In this document: positions 9,273 through 18,626 of the stretch, in pieces
How the letters are laid out: each line of letters starts with the position of its first letter
Position numbering within the stretch: position 1 is the first letter of the stretch
NCBI GenBank assembly: GCA_045603085.1
Contig: JAZULL010000059.1
Span: forward strand, 3,585-67,584
Direction of reading: 5' to 3'
Source of the DNA: Eubacteriales bacterium
Lineage (GTDB): Bacteria; Bacillota; Clostridia; Oscillospirales; CAG-272
DNA length: 64,000 nucleotides
The notes under the pieces: model-generated
The model's input: only the letters and a program-made list of their open reading frames with translations
What the model was told of the DNA's origin: nothing
The model's database searches: none
Program-made: the position numbers and the translations under genes

Positions 9273-11336
9273 ATGCATTGGTCAGAAGAACTCGCAAAGA
9301 AGATCATCGCGCGCGATCCCGAAAAAGAGGAATATATCTGCGCGGCCGGCGTTTCTCCCTCCGGCTCTGTGCACATCGGTAATTTCCGCGACCTGGCAAC
9401 CTCTTATATGGTAGTAAAGGCGCTGGAAAAGCAAGGCAAAAAGGCCAAGCTTCTGATCTCTTGGGACGATTACGACCGTTGCCGTAAGATCCCCGCCAAC
9501 GTTCAGGCGGTGGTTGGCAACAGCTATGAAAAATATATCGGCTGTCCTTACGTGGATATTCCCGACCCCTGGGGCTGCCATGAAAACTACGCCAAGCACT
9601 TTGAGGACGAGTTCCTCAAGGGAATTGCGCCCTTTGGCATCAAGCTGGACTGCCGTTTCCAGGCAGATATGTACCGCTCGGGTGCATATACAGACGCGAT
9701 TTTGGAGTCGATCCGCCATCGCGGCGAGATCTTTGAGATCTTGGATTCCTTCAAGACCAAGGATAAGAGCAAGGGCGAGGATCAGCTCCGCGCCGAGCAC
9801 GATGCCGAAAAGGCGGCTTACAGTCCCGTCAGCATTTTCTGTGACGCATGTCATACCGATTTTACCACCATCACTGCTTTCTCCGAGGACGGCACCGAGG
9901 CAGATTACACCTGCCGTTGCGGCCACGCGGGCCACTTCAACTTCCTTGAAAACCACAACTGCAAGCTGGGCTGGAAGGTTGACTGGGCAATGAGATGGCG
10001 TCACGAGGGCGTTGACTTTGAGCCCGGCGGAAAGGATCACTCCGCACCCACCGGCTCTTACAACAATTCCAAGAAGATCGCCAAGAAGGTCTTTGGCTAT
10101 GAAGCACCGCTGTATCAGGGCTACGAATTTATCGGTATCAAGGGACAGGCGGGCAAGATGTCCTCTTCGTCCGGTATCAATCTGACGCCCGACACCATGC
10201 TCAAGCTGTATCAGCCCGAGGTACTGCTCTGGCTGTATGCCAAGACCGAGCCGCTCAAGGCCTTTGACGTTTGCTTTGACGACGGTATTCTGCGTCAGTA
10301 TTTTGAATTTGACAAGATGCTGAACGATTATCGCGAGGGTAAGGCCAACGATGCGGTTGCATCGGTCATGGAAAAGTGTCTGATCGAGGGTCGCGAGGTC
10401 GAAACCGTGCCCATGGGACTTTTGGTTCAGCTGGGCTCGATCGTGGACTTCAACGTGCCGCTTCTGGAAACCGTGTTTGAAAAGATCGGCATGCCCTATA
10501 AGCACGAGCAGTTTGCCGACAGACTGGAGAGAGCTAAGTTCTGGCTGGAGCAGTGTGCTCCCGAGCAGGTCAATCGCCTGCGCGCCACCAGAAACTTTGA
10601 GGTTTACGAGCAGCTGGACGAAAAGGAAAAGAAGCAGATCGCACTGCTGCACGACGTCATCGCCAAGGGTGGCTATACGCTGGACGAGCTCAACACCGCT
10701 ATCTACGATATTCCCAAGCAGGTGTATCCCGAGCTGGCAGACTCCAAGGAGCTGCGCGGCATTCAGGGCAACTTCTTCAAGACGGTCTATAAGCTGCTGA
10801 TCGACAAGGAGCAGGGCCCCCGTCTGTATCTGTTCCTGTACGCAATCGATGCGGACAAGTACGTCGGCCTTCTGGACTTCTCCTATCCCAAAACCGAGGC
10901 GGAGATCGCGGCCGAGCAGGCTTGCGAGGTATGCGAGCAGCCCGCCGAGGAGCAGGCAACCGCGCCCGAGGCTCCCAGAGGCGAGGCGGATCCCGTACAG
11001 CCCGTCAAGGAGCAGGTGACTATTGAGGACTTTGACAAGATCGACCTGCGCGTTTGCAAGATTCTCAAGGCAGAGACGCTGCGCAAGTCCAACGCCTGCC
11101 TCAAGCTGACGCTGGACGACGGCATCGGCCAGAGAGTGATCATGTCCTCGATCAAGGCAGAGTACACCCCCGAGTCCTTGATCGGTAAGAAGATCATTGT
11201 CATTGCGAACCTCAAGCCCAACAGAATTTGCAATATCAATTCTCAGGGCATGCTGCTGGCGGCCACCAACAACGCCTGCGGATGCAAGGTTATCTTTGTG
11301 GATGACAGCGTTCCCACCGGCACGCAGATTCATTAA
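9273..11336 (+). CDS. lysS: Class I lysyl-tRNA synthetase with C-terminal tRNA-binding (Trbp111/MetRS-C-like) domain
   Basis: MHWSEELA start; GVSPSGSVHIGN, FEPGGKDH, KMSSS and GPRL class I LysRS motifs; C-terminus TIEDFDKIDLRV...ANLKP...SQGMLLAA; AGGAG RBS. Confidence 0.92.
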   Translation: MHWSEELAKKIIARDPEKEEYICAAGVSPSGSVHIGNFRDLATSYMVVKALEKQGKKAKLLISWDDYDRCRKIPANVQAVVGNSYEKYIGCPYVDIPDPWGCHENYAKHFEDEFLKGIAPFGIKLDCRFQADMYRSGAYTDAILESIRHRGEIFEILDSFKTKDKSKGEDQLRAEHDAEKAAYSPVSIFCDACHTDFTTITAFSEDGTEADYTCRCGHAGHFNFLENHNCKLGWKVDWAMRWRHEGVDFEPGGKDHSAPTGSYNNSKKIAKKVFGYEAPLYQGYEFIGIKGQAGKMSSSSGINLTPDTMLKLYQPEVLLWLYAKTEPLKAFDVCFDDGILRQYFEFDKMLNDYREGKANDAVASVMEKCLIEGREVETVPMGLLVQLGSIVDFNVPLLETVFEKIGMPYKHEQFADRLERAKFWLEQCAPEQVNRLRATRNFEVYEQLDEKEKKQIALLHDVIAKGGYTLDELNTAIYDIPKQVYPELADSKELRGIQGNFFKTVYKLLIDKEQGPRLYLFLYAIDADKYVGLLDFSYPKTEAEIAAEQACEVCEQPAEEQATAPEAPRGEADPVQPVKEQVTIEDFDKIDLRVCKILKAETLRKSNACLKLTLDDGIGQRVIMSSIKAEYTPESLIGKKIIVIANLKPNRICNINSQGMLLAATNNACGCKVIFVDDSVPTGTQIH

Positions 11337-11353
11337 TTTGATATATTCAAACC

Positions 11354-11384
11354 AAAAGACCAAGCCGCACGGCTTGGTCTTTTT
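11354..11384 (+). terminator. Rho-independent terminator
   Basis: AAAAGACCAAGCC-GCAC-GGCTTGGTCTTTTT. Confidence 0.85.
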
Positions 11385-11412
11385 GTTTTCGTCTATAAAA
11401 ACCGTCAATTCA

Positions 11413-11441
11413 TTGACAAAGTCGAAACAATCCGATATAAT
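11413..11441 (+). promoter_or_regulatory. Sigma-A promoter of the ABC exporter; GTCAA-N4-TTGAC palindrome overlaps the -35
   Basis: TTGACA-N17-TATAAT; inverted repeat at 11404-11417. Confidence 0.75.
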
Positions 11442-11477
11442 AGATATAATGTTTATTTTTGAAAGGAGCGGGACTCT

Positions 11478-13208
11478 TTGAAACTTGTCTTTAAATACCT
11501 CAAACCGTTCTGGATCTCTCTCCTGATCGGTTTTTGCATCAAGGTCGCGGGCACGGTGTCCGAGCTGGCATTGCCGTACATTTTGTCGTATATGCTCGAC
11601 GAGGTGGTTCCCGAGTATGCAAAGGATACCAACCTTACCCCCATTTTTATATGGGGCGGGATCATGCTGGTGTGTGCGGTGCTGGCGCTGGTGCTCAACA
11701 TCGTGGCCAACCGTATGGCGGCGCGCGTGGCGCGCAATGCCGCGCAGGCCCTTCGACACGATCTGTTTGCCAAGACCATGCATCTGAGTGCGGTACAGAC
11801 CGATAAAATCGGCATTCCCGAGCTGGAGACCAGACTGACCTCGGATACCTACAACATTCATCATTTTCTGGGCATGATCCAGCGTATCGGCGTACGCGCG
11901 CCCATATTGCTGATCGGCGGCATTGCCGTGTCCTATTTCCTTGACTGGCGACTGGCTACCGTCATGATCGCGCTGCTGCCCTTTATCGGCGTTGCGGTGT
12001 TTACCATCTCGCGCAAGGGTGTGCCGCTTTATTCGGCAAGCCAGCAGGCGGGTGACGATATGGTGCGCGTGGTGCGCGAGGATATCGGCGGCATCCGCGT
12101 CATCAAGGCACTTTCCAAAAAGGAATATGAAAGAGCGAGATTTGACGGCGTTAACCGCGCGCTGGTCAAAAACGAAAAACGCGCCTCGCTGACCATGGCG
12201 CTGACCAATCCGCTGATCACCATCCTGCTCAACGTCGGCCTTGTGTCGGTCGTGCTGGTGGGCGCATACTTGGTCAACGTGGATCTGAGTAAGCCGGGCA
12301 GAATCATTGCATTCATTCAGTATTTCACGCTGATCTCCAATGCCATGATCGTCATCAACCGTATCTTTATCATGACCACAAAATGTCTGGCCTCGGCCGG
12401 CAGAATCGGGCAGGTCATGTCCGCGCCCGAGGAGCTGGGAGCAGAACAGGGACATCTCCCCCTGCCCACAAGCGATCATATCGTGTTCGATCACGTCAGC
12501 TTTTCCTACGTGGGCGAGCAAAACGACCTGGAGGACGTTTGCTTCTCGTTGCCGCGCGGTGCAACGCTGGGCATCATCGGTGCAACGGGCAGCGGTAAGA
12601 GCACGCTGCTTCGGCTGCTGCTTCGCAATTACGATGCCGACAAGGGCAACGTCTATATCGGCGGCAAAAACGTGCGATCCATGACGCACGACGAGCTGTG
12701 CTCGCATTTCGGCACGGCCATGCAGAACGATTTTCTGTATGCCGACACGGTGCGTGAAAATATCTGCTTTGGCAGAGAAATCGCGGATGAGGATCTTGCA
12801 ACTGCCGTACGCGTGGCGCAGGCCGAGGAGTTTATCTCGGCATTCCCCGAGGGGTACGAGCATCTTCTGACAAGCAAGGGCACAAATATCTCGGGCGGCC
12901 AGAAGCAAAGGCTGCTGATCGCAAGAGCACTTGCGGGCAAGCCCGATATCCTGATCCTTGACGATGCGTCCTCGGCGCTCGACTATAAGACCGATGCCGC
13001 ATTGCGCCAAGCTCTGCGTATGCATTTTGACGGCACTACCACGGTCGTGGTGGCACAGCGCGTCAGCTCTGTCATGCATGCCGACCTGATTTTGGTGCTG
13101 GATGAGGGCAGAGTGATCGGCAAGGGCACGCACGAGCAGCTGCTCAAGAGCTGTACCGTCTATCGCGAGATCCGCGATTCACAGATGGGAGGTGCTCTGC
13201 TTGACTAA
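11478..13208 (+). CDS. Heterodimeric ABC exporter subunit A (permease + ATPase)
   Basis: TM domain; GATGSGKS, ISGGQKQR, ILDD; TTG start after AAGGAG. Confidence 0.9.
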   Translation: MKLVFKYLKPFWISLLIGFCIKVAGTVSELALPYILSYMLDEVVPEYAKDTNLTPIFIWGGIMLVCAVLALVLNIVANRMAARVARNAAQALRHDLFAKTMHLSAVQTDKIGIPELETRLTSDTYNIHHFLGMIQRIGVRAPILLIGGIAVSYFLDWRLATVMIALLPFIGVAVFTISRKGVPLYSASQQAGDDMVRVVREDIGGIRVIKALSKKEYERARFDGVNRALVKNEKRASLTMALTNPLITILLNVGLVSVVLVGAYLVNVDLSKPGRIIAFIQYFTLISNAMIVINRIFIMTTKCLASAGRIGQVMSAPEELGAEQGHLPLPTSDHIVFDHVSFSYVGEQNDLEDVCFSLPRGATLGIIGATGSGKSTLLRLLLRNYDADKGNVYIGGKNVRSMTHDELCSHFGTAMQNDFLYADTVRENICFGREIADEDLATAVRVAQAEEFISAFPEGYEHLLTSKGTNISGGQKQRLLIARALAGKPDILILDDASSALDYKTDAALRQALRMHFDGTTTVVVAQRVSSVMHADLILVLDEGRVIGKGTHEQLLKSCTVYREIRDSQMGGALLD

Positions 13209-15006
13209 CAAACAACAAGTACAAAAGACTCCCATGACGGCAAAGCAACGCGCACGCGTGCTGCTTCGTATCTGTCGTTATCTGTTCCGTTATCCGGGAC
13301 TTGTCATTCTTGCATTTTTCTTGATGATCTCGGCCAACGTGCTGGCCTTGGCGGGCCCCAAGCTTTCGGGTCTTGCCATCGACGCCATCGTCGGGCCTGG
13401 GCAGGTGGATTTTGAGCGCGTGCTGCTGTTCTGCTCGCTCCTGGTCGTGTTTTACGTGGCCTCGGGTCTGCTTTCCTATATTTTGTCCATCGTTATGGTC
13501 AATCTCAGCCAGCGCATCACCTATACCATGCGAAAAGAGGTCTTTGACCATCTGACCGACCTGCCCGTCGGGTTCTTTGACACCCACCAGACGGGTGAGA
13601 TCGTCAGCCGTCTTTCTTACGATATCGACACGCTCAACGCCTCGCTTTCCAACGACGTGCTGGCGATATGCGCCAACAGCATCACCGTGGTCGGTTCGCT
13701 GGTCATGATGCTGACCATCTCGCCCGTGCTGATCTGCGTGTTTGCCATCACCGTACCCGTTTCGCTGATCTTTACCAAGTATAAATCCACCCACATCCGT
13801 CCCCTGTTCCGCCGCCGCTCCGCCAAGCTTGGCGAGCTCAACGGCTTTGCCGAGGAAATGCTGTCGGGTCAGAAGACCATTCGCACCTACGGCAAGGAGC
13901 AGGTGATCACCGATCGCTTCGATGTACGCAACGCCGAGGCCTGCGGTGCGTATTATAAGGCGGATTATCACGGCTCTGTCATTGGCCCTACGGTCAATTT
14001 CATCAGCAATCTGTCCATCGCGCTGATCACCATTCTTGGCAGCGTGTTCTATATGTTCTCGCTGGGCGGCGCGGTCACCAACCCCTTGTTTGTCATCGGC
14101 CTTGGTGACGTGGGCTCGTTTGTGCAGTACGCGAGAAAATTTGCGGGCCCCATCAATGAGTTTGCCAATATCTTCAGCGAGCTGCAGTCTGCTCTCTCGG
14201 CCGCCGAGCGCGTGTTCGGCGTGATCGACCAAGCCCCCGAGCCTGCGGACAAGCCGGATGCCGTGGTGCTGGACGCCAAGGGTCAGGTAACGCTGGACAA
14301 GGTGGAATTCGGGTACGTGCCCGAAAAGCAGATCTTGCACGGACTGTCTGTCAAGGTCGAGCCGGGACAGACGGTAGCCATCGTCGGCCCGACGGGCGCG
14401 GGCAAGACCACCATTATCAATCTGCTCATGCGCTTTTACGATATCGACGCAGGTGCGATCACCTTTGACGGCACCGACATCCGCGACGCCACGCGAGACA
14501 GCCTGCGCAAGTCCTTTACCATGGTTTTGCAGGACACGTGGCTGTTTGGCGGCAGCATCCGTGACAATATTGCCTACGGTCGCGAGGACGCCACTGACGA
14601 TCAGGTCATCGAGGCCGCCAAAAAGGCCAAGATCCATCACTTCATCATGTCTTTGCCGCAAGGCTATCAGACGCAATTGGCTGATGGCGGTGTCAATCTG
14701 TCCAAGGGACAGCGACAGCTGATCACGATTGCGCGCGCTATGCTGTCGGATGCGCCCATGCTGATCCTGGACGAGGCAACGAGCAACGTTGACAGCCGCA
14801 CCGAGCATCAGATCAACGATGCCATGATGGCGCTGATGCGGGGCAAGACCTGCTTTGTTATTGCACACAGACTTTCCACGGTTCAGCATGCCGACAATAT
14901 TTTAGTGCTCAAGGACGGCAATATCATTGAGCACGGCACGCACGAGCAGCTGCTTGCCGCCAAGGGCTTTTACGCCTCACTGTACGGCGCGCAGTTTGTC
15001 AATTGA
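13201..15006 (+). CDS. Heterodimeric ABC exporter subunit B
   Basis: GPTGAGKT, LSKGQRQL, ILDEATS, IAHRLST; TTG at 13201 after GGGAGG (start uncertain). Confidence 0.88.
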   Translation: MTNKQQVQKTPMTAKQRARVLLRICRYLFRYPGLVILAFFLMISANVLALAGPKLSGLAIDAIVGPGQVDFERVLLFCSLLVVFYVASGLLSYILSIVMVNLSQRITYTMRKEVFDHLTDLPVGFFDTHQTGEIVSRLSYDIDTLNASLSNDVLAICANSITVVGSLVMMLTISPVLICVFAITVPVSLIFTKYKSTHIRPLFRRRSAKLGELNGFAEEMLSGQKTIRTYGKEQVITDRFDVRNAEACGAYYKADYHGSVIGPTVNFISNLSIALITILGSVFYMFSLGGAVTNPLFVIGLGDVGSFVQYARKFAGPINEFANIFSELQSALSAAERVFGVIDQAPEPADKPDAVVLDAKGQVTLDKVEFGYVPEKQILHGLSVKVEPGQTVAIVGPTGAGKTTIINLLMRFYDIDAGAITFDGTDIRDATRDSLRKSFTMVLQDTWLFGGSIRDNIAYGREDATDDQVIEAAKKAKIHHFIMSLPQGYQTQLADGGVNLSKGQRQLITIARAMLSDAPMLILDEATSNVDSRTEHQINDAMMALMRGKTCFVIAHRLSTVQHADNILVLKDGNIIEHGTHEQLLAAKGFYASLYGAQFVN

Positions 15007-15084
15007 TTTTTTACAAAAATCGGTTGCAATTGTCCTGCAAATATGGTATTATTGTAATACAACAAAAATGACGAGGTGACAGAC

Positions 15085-15813
15085 ATGAAAAAGCTGATAG
15101 TATTGTTCGCGCTTCTTCTTGTAATCCCGCTGTGTCTGAGTGCATGTGATACACAAAAGGGAGACGATCCTGCCGATACCACCGAGCAGATCACTCCTGA
15201 AGTGACCACTCCCGAACAAACCACCCCTGAACAAACCACTCCCGAACAAACCACTCCCGAAGAGACCACCGAGGAGCAGACCGACATGCCCGAGGCTCCG
15301 ATTGAGGAGATCAAGGCCAAGGCTGTGGCATTTCTGGATGCCGCCGCTATGAAGGAGGCTGCCGATAATCCCCAGCAGGACTGGAGTGATTTTGGCGGTC
15401 TGACCGATAACCCCGACGGCAGCGTGACCGCGCTGTTCAGAATGGGCACAAACGACGTCTGGGATCCCTACTGCTACCTGCTCAAGCAGGATACCACGGT
15501 GGGCGATATCATGGTCATCAAGTATCAGATCAAGTATGATTTCCGTGTCAAGCTGTATCTGGGCTCCGAGGGCAATGCCGCCACGGGTGCAGGTGACATG
15601 TTTATGACCGAATTTTTCGCCACAGAGGGTGACGAATGGGGATATCTGGTGGTCAATATGGCAGAAGAGGTGCCCAGCTATGATAAGGATGCCGCTGCAC
15701 TGGGATATCTGCGCCTGGGCCTTGACATGGCAGAGAGCGGTGATACCGTGACCATCATGTATATCGCATTTTTTAACACCATGGATGAGGTCAACGAGCT
15801 CATTCCTTACTGA
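15085..15813 (+). CDS. Lipoprotein with TTPEQ repeats and one 'DPY...RL' domain
   Basis: GAGGTG RBS; lipobox LSAC; WDPYCYL...IMVIKY...WGYLVVNM...YLRLG...IMYIAFF. Confidence 0.8.
   Translation: MKKLIVLFALLLVIPLCLSACDTQKGDDPADTTEQITPEVTTPEQTTPEQTTPEQTTPEETTEEQTDMPEAPIEEIKAKAVAFLDAAAMKEAADNPQQDWSDFGGLTDNPDGSVTALFRMGTNDVWDPYCYLLKQDTTVGDIMVIKYQIKYDFRVKLYLGSEGNAATGAGDMFMTEFFATEGDEWGYLVVNMAEEVPSYDKDAAALGYLRLGLDMAESGDTVTIMYIAFFNTMDEVNELIPY
15205..15264 (+). repeat. 15-bp tandem coding repeat (TTPEQ-type x4)
   Basis: ACCACTCCCGAACAA-type units. Confidence 0.85.
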
Positions 15814-15837
15814 TAATCAAAGAAAGAGAGATAAGAC

Positions 15838-18402
15838 ATGAGAAAATCATTCCCGATGATCCTGCTGGCCCTGGTGCTGGTAAGCGTGATGCTGGCATGC
15901 ATTCTGGTGGCTTGCGGCCCCGGTGAACAGCCCGATACGCCTACCACCGAGTCTACCACGGAGGATCCCACCACCGAGCCCGACACCACCGAGACCGAGA
16001 CTGAAACAGAGCCCGGCGACACCTCTACCGAGGAATCCACCACCGAGCCCGCAGTGCCCGAAATCAACGGTATCGTTGCGGACTTTAACGCCGTCAGCGA
16101 ATCCGCTTTGAATAAGTGCTTCTCGGGTGAAAACCAGGTTGAAGTGACCTACGGTCAGGATGAAGACGGTGAGGTATACGCGGTGCTGACCACCACCGCC
16201 GCCAGCTCCGATCCCTTTGTAAATTTTAGCATGACCAAGTTCCAGAAGGCTGCAGGTATGGACAAGGTGAAGGCAGACGACTATAAGTACGTCATGCTCA
16301 AGGTCAGAAGTGTCGGCTGCTCCTCCGGCACGTTTGAGCTGTTCTACTGCGCAGGCCAGGTCACGGGTGCAACCGGCGGCATTATGACCACCGCATCCTA
16401 CGATCTGGAAAACACCGGCTGGCAGTACGTGCTGTTCGATCTTTCGGCAGTGAATCACTGGACCGGTAACGTCAACGGCTTCCGCTTTGACTACATGACC
16501 GGTGCGCAGGCCGCAGGCGAGACTCTGCATATCGCAGAGATCCAGTTCCTTGAGAGCGACGATGCTTACTATAAGCTGTTTGATATTGGCTGGGACGAGG
16601 TCGGCGTGATCGCAGGCGAGCAGGCCAAGACCGAGGCTGAGCAGCTGCTGGGATCTGTCACTCTTCCCACCACCAAGTTTGATTCTTATACTCCCGAGAC
16701 CGCAGAGAAGGAAGATGCAAGTCTGAATTTGTGGTTTGACCACCTTTACAACCGTACCCCTCAGGCTACCAACACTCCGAGCGGCAAGCTGACCTATCAG
16801 ATCCAGTTGGCCAAGAACGAGATCGAGGGCTGTCAGGTTCTGATCGGCTCCGAGAACGGCGCAGAGGGTCTGAAGGTGTATATCACCGACTTTACCAACG
16901 AGGCCGGTAACACGCTGACCACCCAGCTGTTCTGGGGTTATTACTTCAACGTAGAGGGCGAGCGCGTGATCGATCCGCTTCCTCCCGTGACCTACACCCC
17001 CGACCAGGGCATGCTTGATTGGGTAAACGGCGGCAATGGCGGCGGTGAGCCCATTACCAATCTGCAGAAGTACGACGGCTTTGATATCAAGGCGGGTGAG
17101 AACCAGGCGTTTATCATCAAGGCTACCTCGGGGATTGACAGCGTACCCGGCGAATACACCGCAACCCTGACTGTTGTGGATAAGGACGGCAACGAGGTCA
17201 AGAAGGTCACCGTATTTGCATACGTGTGGAACTTCGAGTTGCCCGAGGCAACCTCCTGCAAGACCCTGATGTGCCTGAGCGGCTTTGACGTTTACGTTTC
17301 CTATAAGGACTGGGGCGGCGATCTGCGCAACAGCGACGGTAAGAATTTGTACAAGGGTTACTACGATTTCCTGCTGGCCAACCGTGTTTGCGCTTACGAT
17401 CTGCCTTTGGGCGACAATTCTGACGGTAAGTTCTCCGACAGTGAAGCAATTGAGTATCTGGATAACCCCAGAGTGGTTGCATTCCAGCCTCTTGGCTTTA
17501 GCAAGGAGCTGACCGCATCCAACGTTTCCAATGCCTATGCATTCCTGTCTCAGAAGCAGGAGTGGCTGGATAAGGCTTACTTCTATCCCGTAGACGAGCC
17601 GCTGACCGTGGGGCGTCTGGACGATATCAACAATTACGGCAAGCTGCTGAGTGAGAACTTCCCGGGCTATAAGCTGATCGTTCCCATGCACGTCAACTAT
17701 AACGTGGGCGGCGGCGACTACTTCTCCTACGTTTCCGAGTACGTCAACGTATGGTGTCCCAAGACCTTCTTCTACAACACCTTTGCCGAGTGGTACGGAG
17801 ACCGTACCCTGACCTACGGTTGCTCCATAGTAACCGAGCAGAAGCTTGGCTCGTTCAGAGACCGTATGTGGGCTGAGCAAGAGGGCGGCGACGAGGCTTG
17901 GTGGTACGTGACCAGAAGACCCAACGATCCCGAGATCACGCTGATCATCAACGACGATGCGATCAATGCCCGCACACTGTTCTGGCAGCAGAAGCTGTAT
18001 AACGTGGACGGCTTCCTGTACTATCTTGTCAACGACTGGACCAACGGCACCACCAAGTGGTACGTTCCCTCTGCCGACGAGTTCTATTTCGGCATGGACG
18101 CGCTGCATGAGATCGAATCCTCTCAGAATATCAACGTGTACGGCAACGGTATCCTGCTTTACAGCGGCGTATACTTCGCACAGACCGATCCTGTCGGCTC
18201 TCTGCGTCTGGAGTGCGTACGTGACGGTATCGAGGACTACGAGTACCTGACCATTCTTGAAGAGAAATACGGTAAGGAAGTTGTAGACGCCATCATCAAC
18301 GAGTGGACCACCGGCGTTGGTGAATACAGCACCGACACCGAGCAGTTCAGAGAGTTGCGCGCAAAGCTTGGCGCACTGGCCGAGGCTGCGGCTAACGAAT
18401 AA
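15838..18402 (+). CDS. Lipoprotein: 'DPF...RFD' domain plus GH123/DUF4091-like glycoside hydrolase
   Basis: Lipobox LVAC; LAKNEIEGCQ, YPVDEP, WWY and SLRLECVRDGIEDYEYL motifs of DUF4091/GH123 proteins. Confidence 0.75.
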   Translation: MRKSFPMILLALVLVSVMLACILVACGPGEQPDTPTTESTTEDPTTEPDTTETETETEPGDTSTEESTTEPAVPEINGIVADFNAVSESALNKCFSGENQVEVTYGQDEDGEVYAVLTTTAASSDPFVNFSMTKFQKAAGMDKVKADDYKYVMLKVRSVGCSSGTFELFYCAGQVTGATGGIMTTASYDLENTGWQYVLFDLSAVNHWTGNVNGFRFDYMTGAQAAGETLHIAEIQFLESDDAYYKLFDIGWDEVGVIAGEQAKTEAEQLLGSVTLPTTKFDSYTPETAEKEDASLNLWFDHLYNRTPQATNTPSGKLTYQIQLAKNEIEGCQVLIGSENGAEGLKVYITDFTNEAGNTLTTQLFWGYYFNVEGERVIDPLPPVTYTPDQGMLDWVNGGNGGGEPITNLQKYDGFDIKAGENQAFIIKATSGIDSVPGEYTATLTVVDKDGNEVKKVTVFAYVWNFELPEATSCKTLMCLSGFDVYVSYKDWGGDLRNSDGKNLYKGYYDFLLANRVCAYDLPLGDNSDGKFSDSEAIEYLDNPRVVAFQPLGFSKELTASNVSNAYAFLSQKQEWLDKAYFYPVDEPLTVGRLDDINNYGKLLSENFPGYKLIVPMHVNYNVGGGDYFSYVSEYVNVWCPKTFFYNTFAEWYGDRTLTYGCSIVTEQKLGSFRDRMWAEQEGGDEAWWYVTRRPNDPEITLIINDDAINARTLFWQQKLYNVDGFLYYLVNDWTNGTTKWYVPSADEFYFGMDALHEIESSQNINVYGNGILLYSGVYFAQTDPVGSLRLECVRDGIEDYEYLTILEEKYGKEVVDAIINEWTTGVGEYSTDTEQFRELRAKLGALAEAAANE

Positions 18403-18415
18403 TTTCAATAAAAAT

Positions 18416-18445
18416 AAAGGGCAACCGCGAAAGCGGTTGCTCTTT
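18416..18445 (+). terminator. Rho-independent terminator
   Basis: AAAGGGCAACCGC-GAAA-GCGGTTGCTCTTT. Confidence 0.8.
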
Positions 18446-18626
18446 GTGTTTTTGGAATGAATTTTATAGGGGGCGACCTCGATGATAAACAATTCTATGT
18501 AGGGGAGTGCATTTCACGGCCGTCCTGCAAACACGCCGGACATGTTCTCCTGAGCGATTGACCAAAGCAATACCTTCAGGTTGGTCGCTGCTTGCGGCAT
18601 GGCACCGATTTCTACAGCCTGATTGA

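Noticed and set aside
9282-13133. 1283-aa minus-strand ORF
   Set aside because: Antisense shadow of lysS and the ABC gene caused by codon bias; no recognisable motifs.
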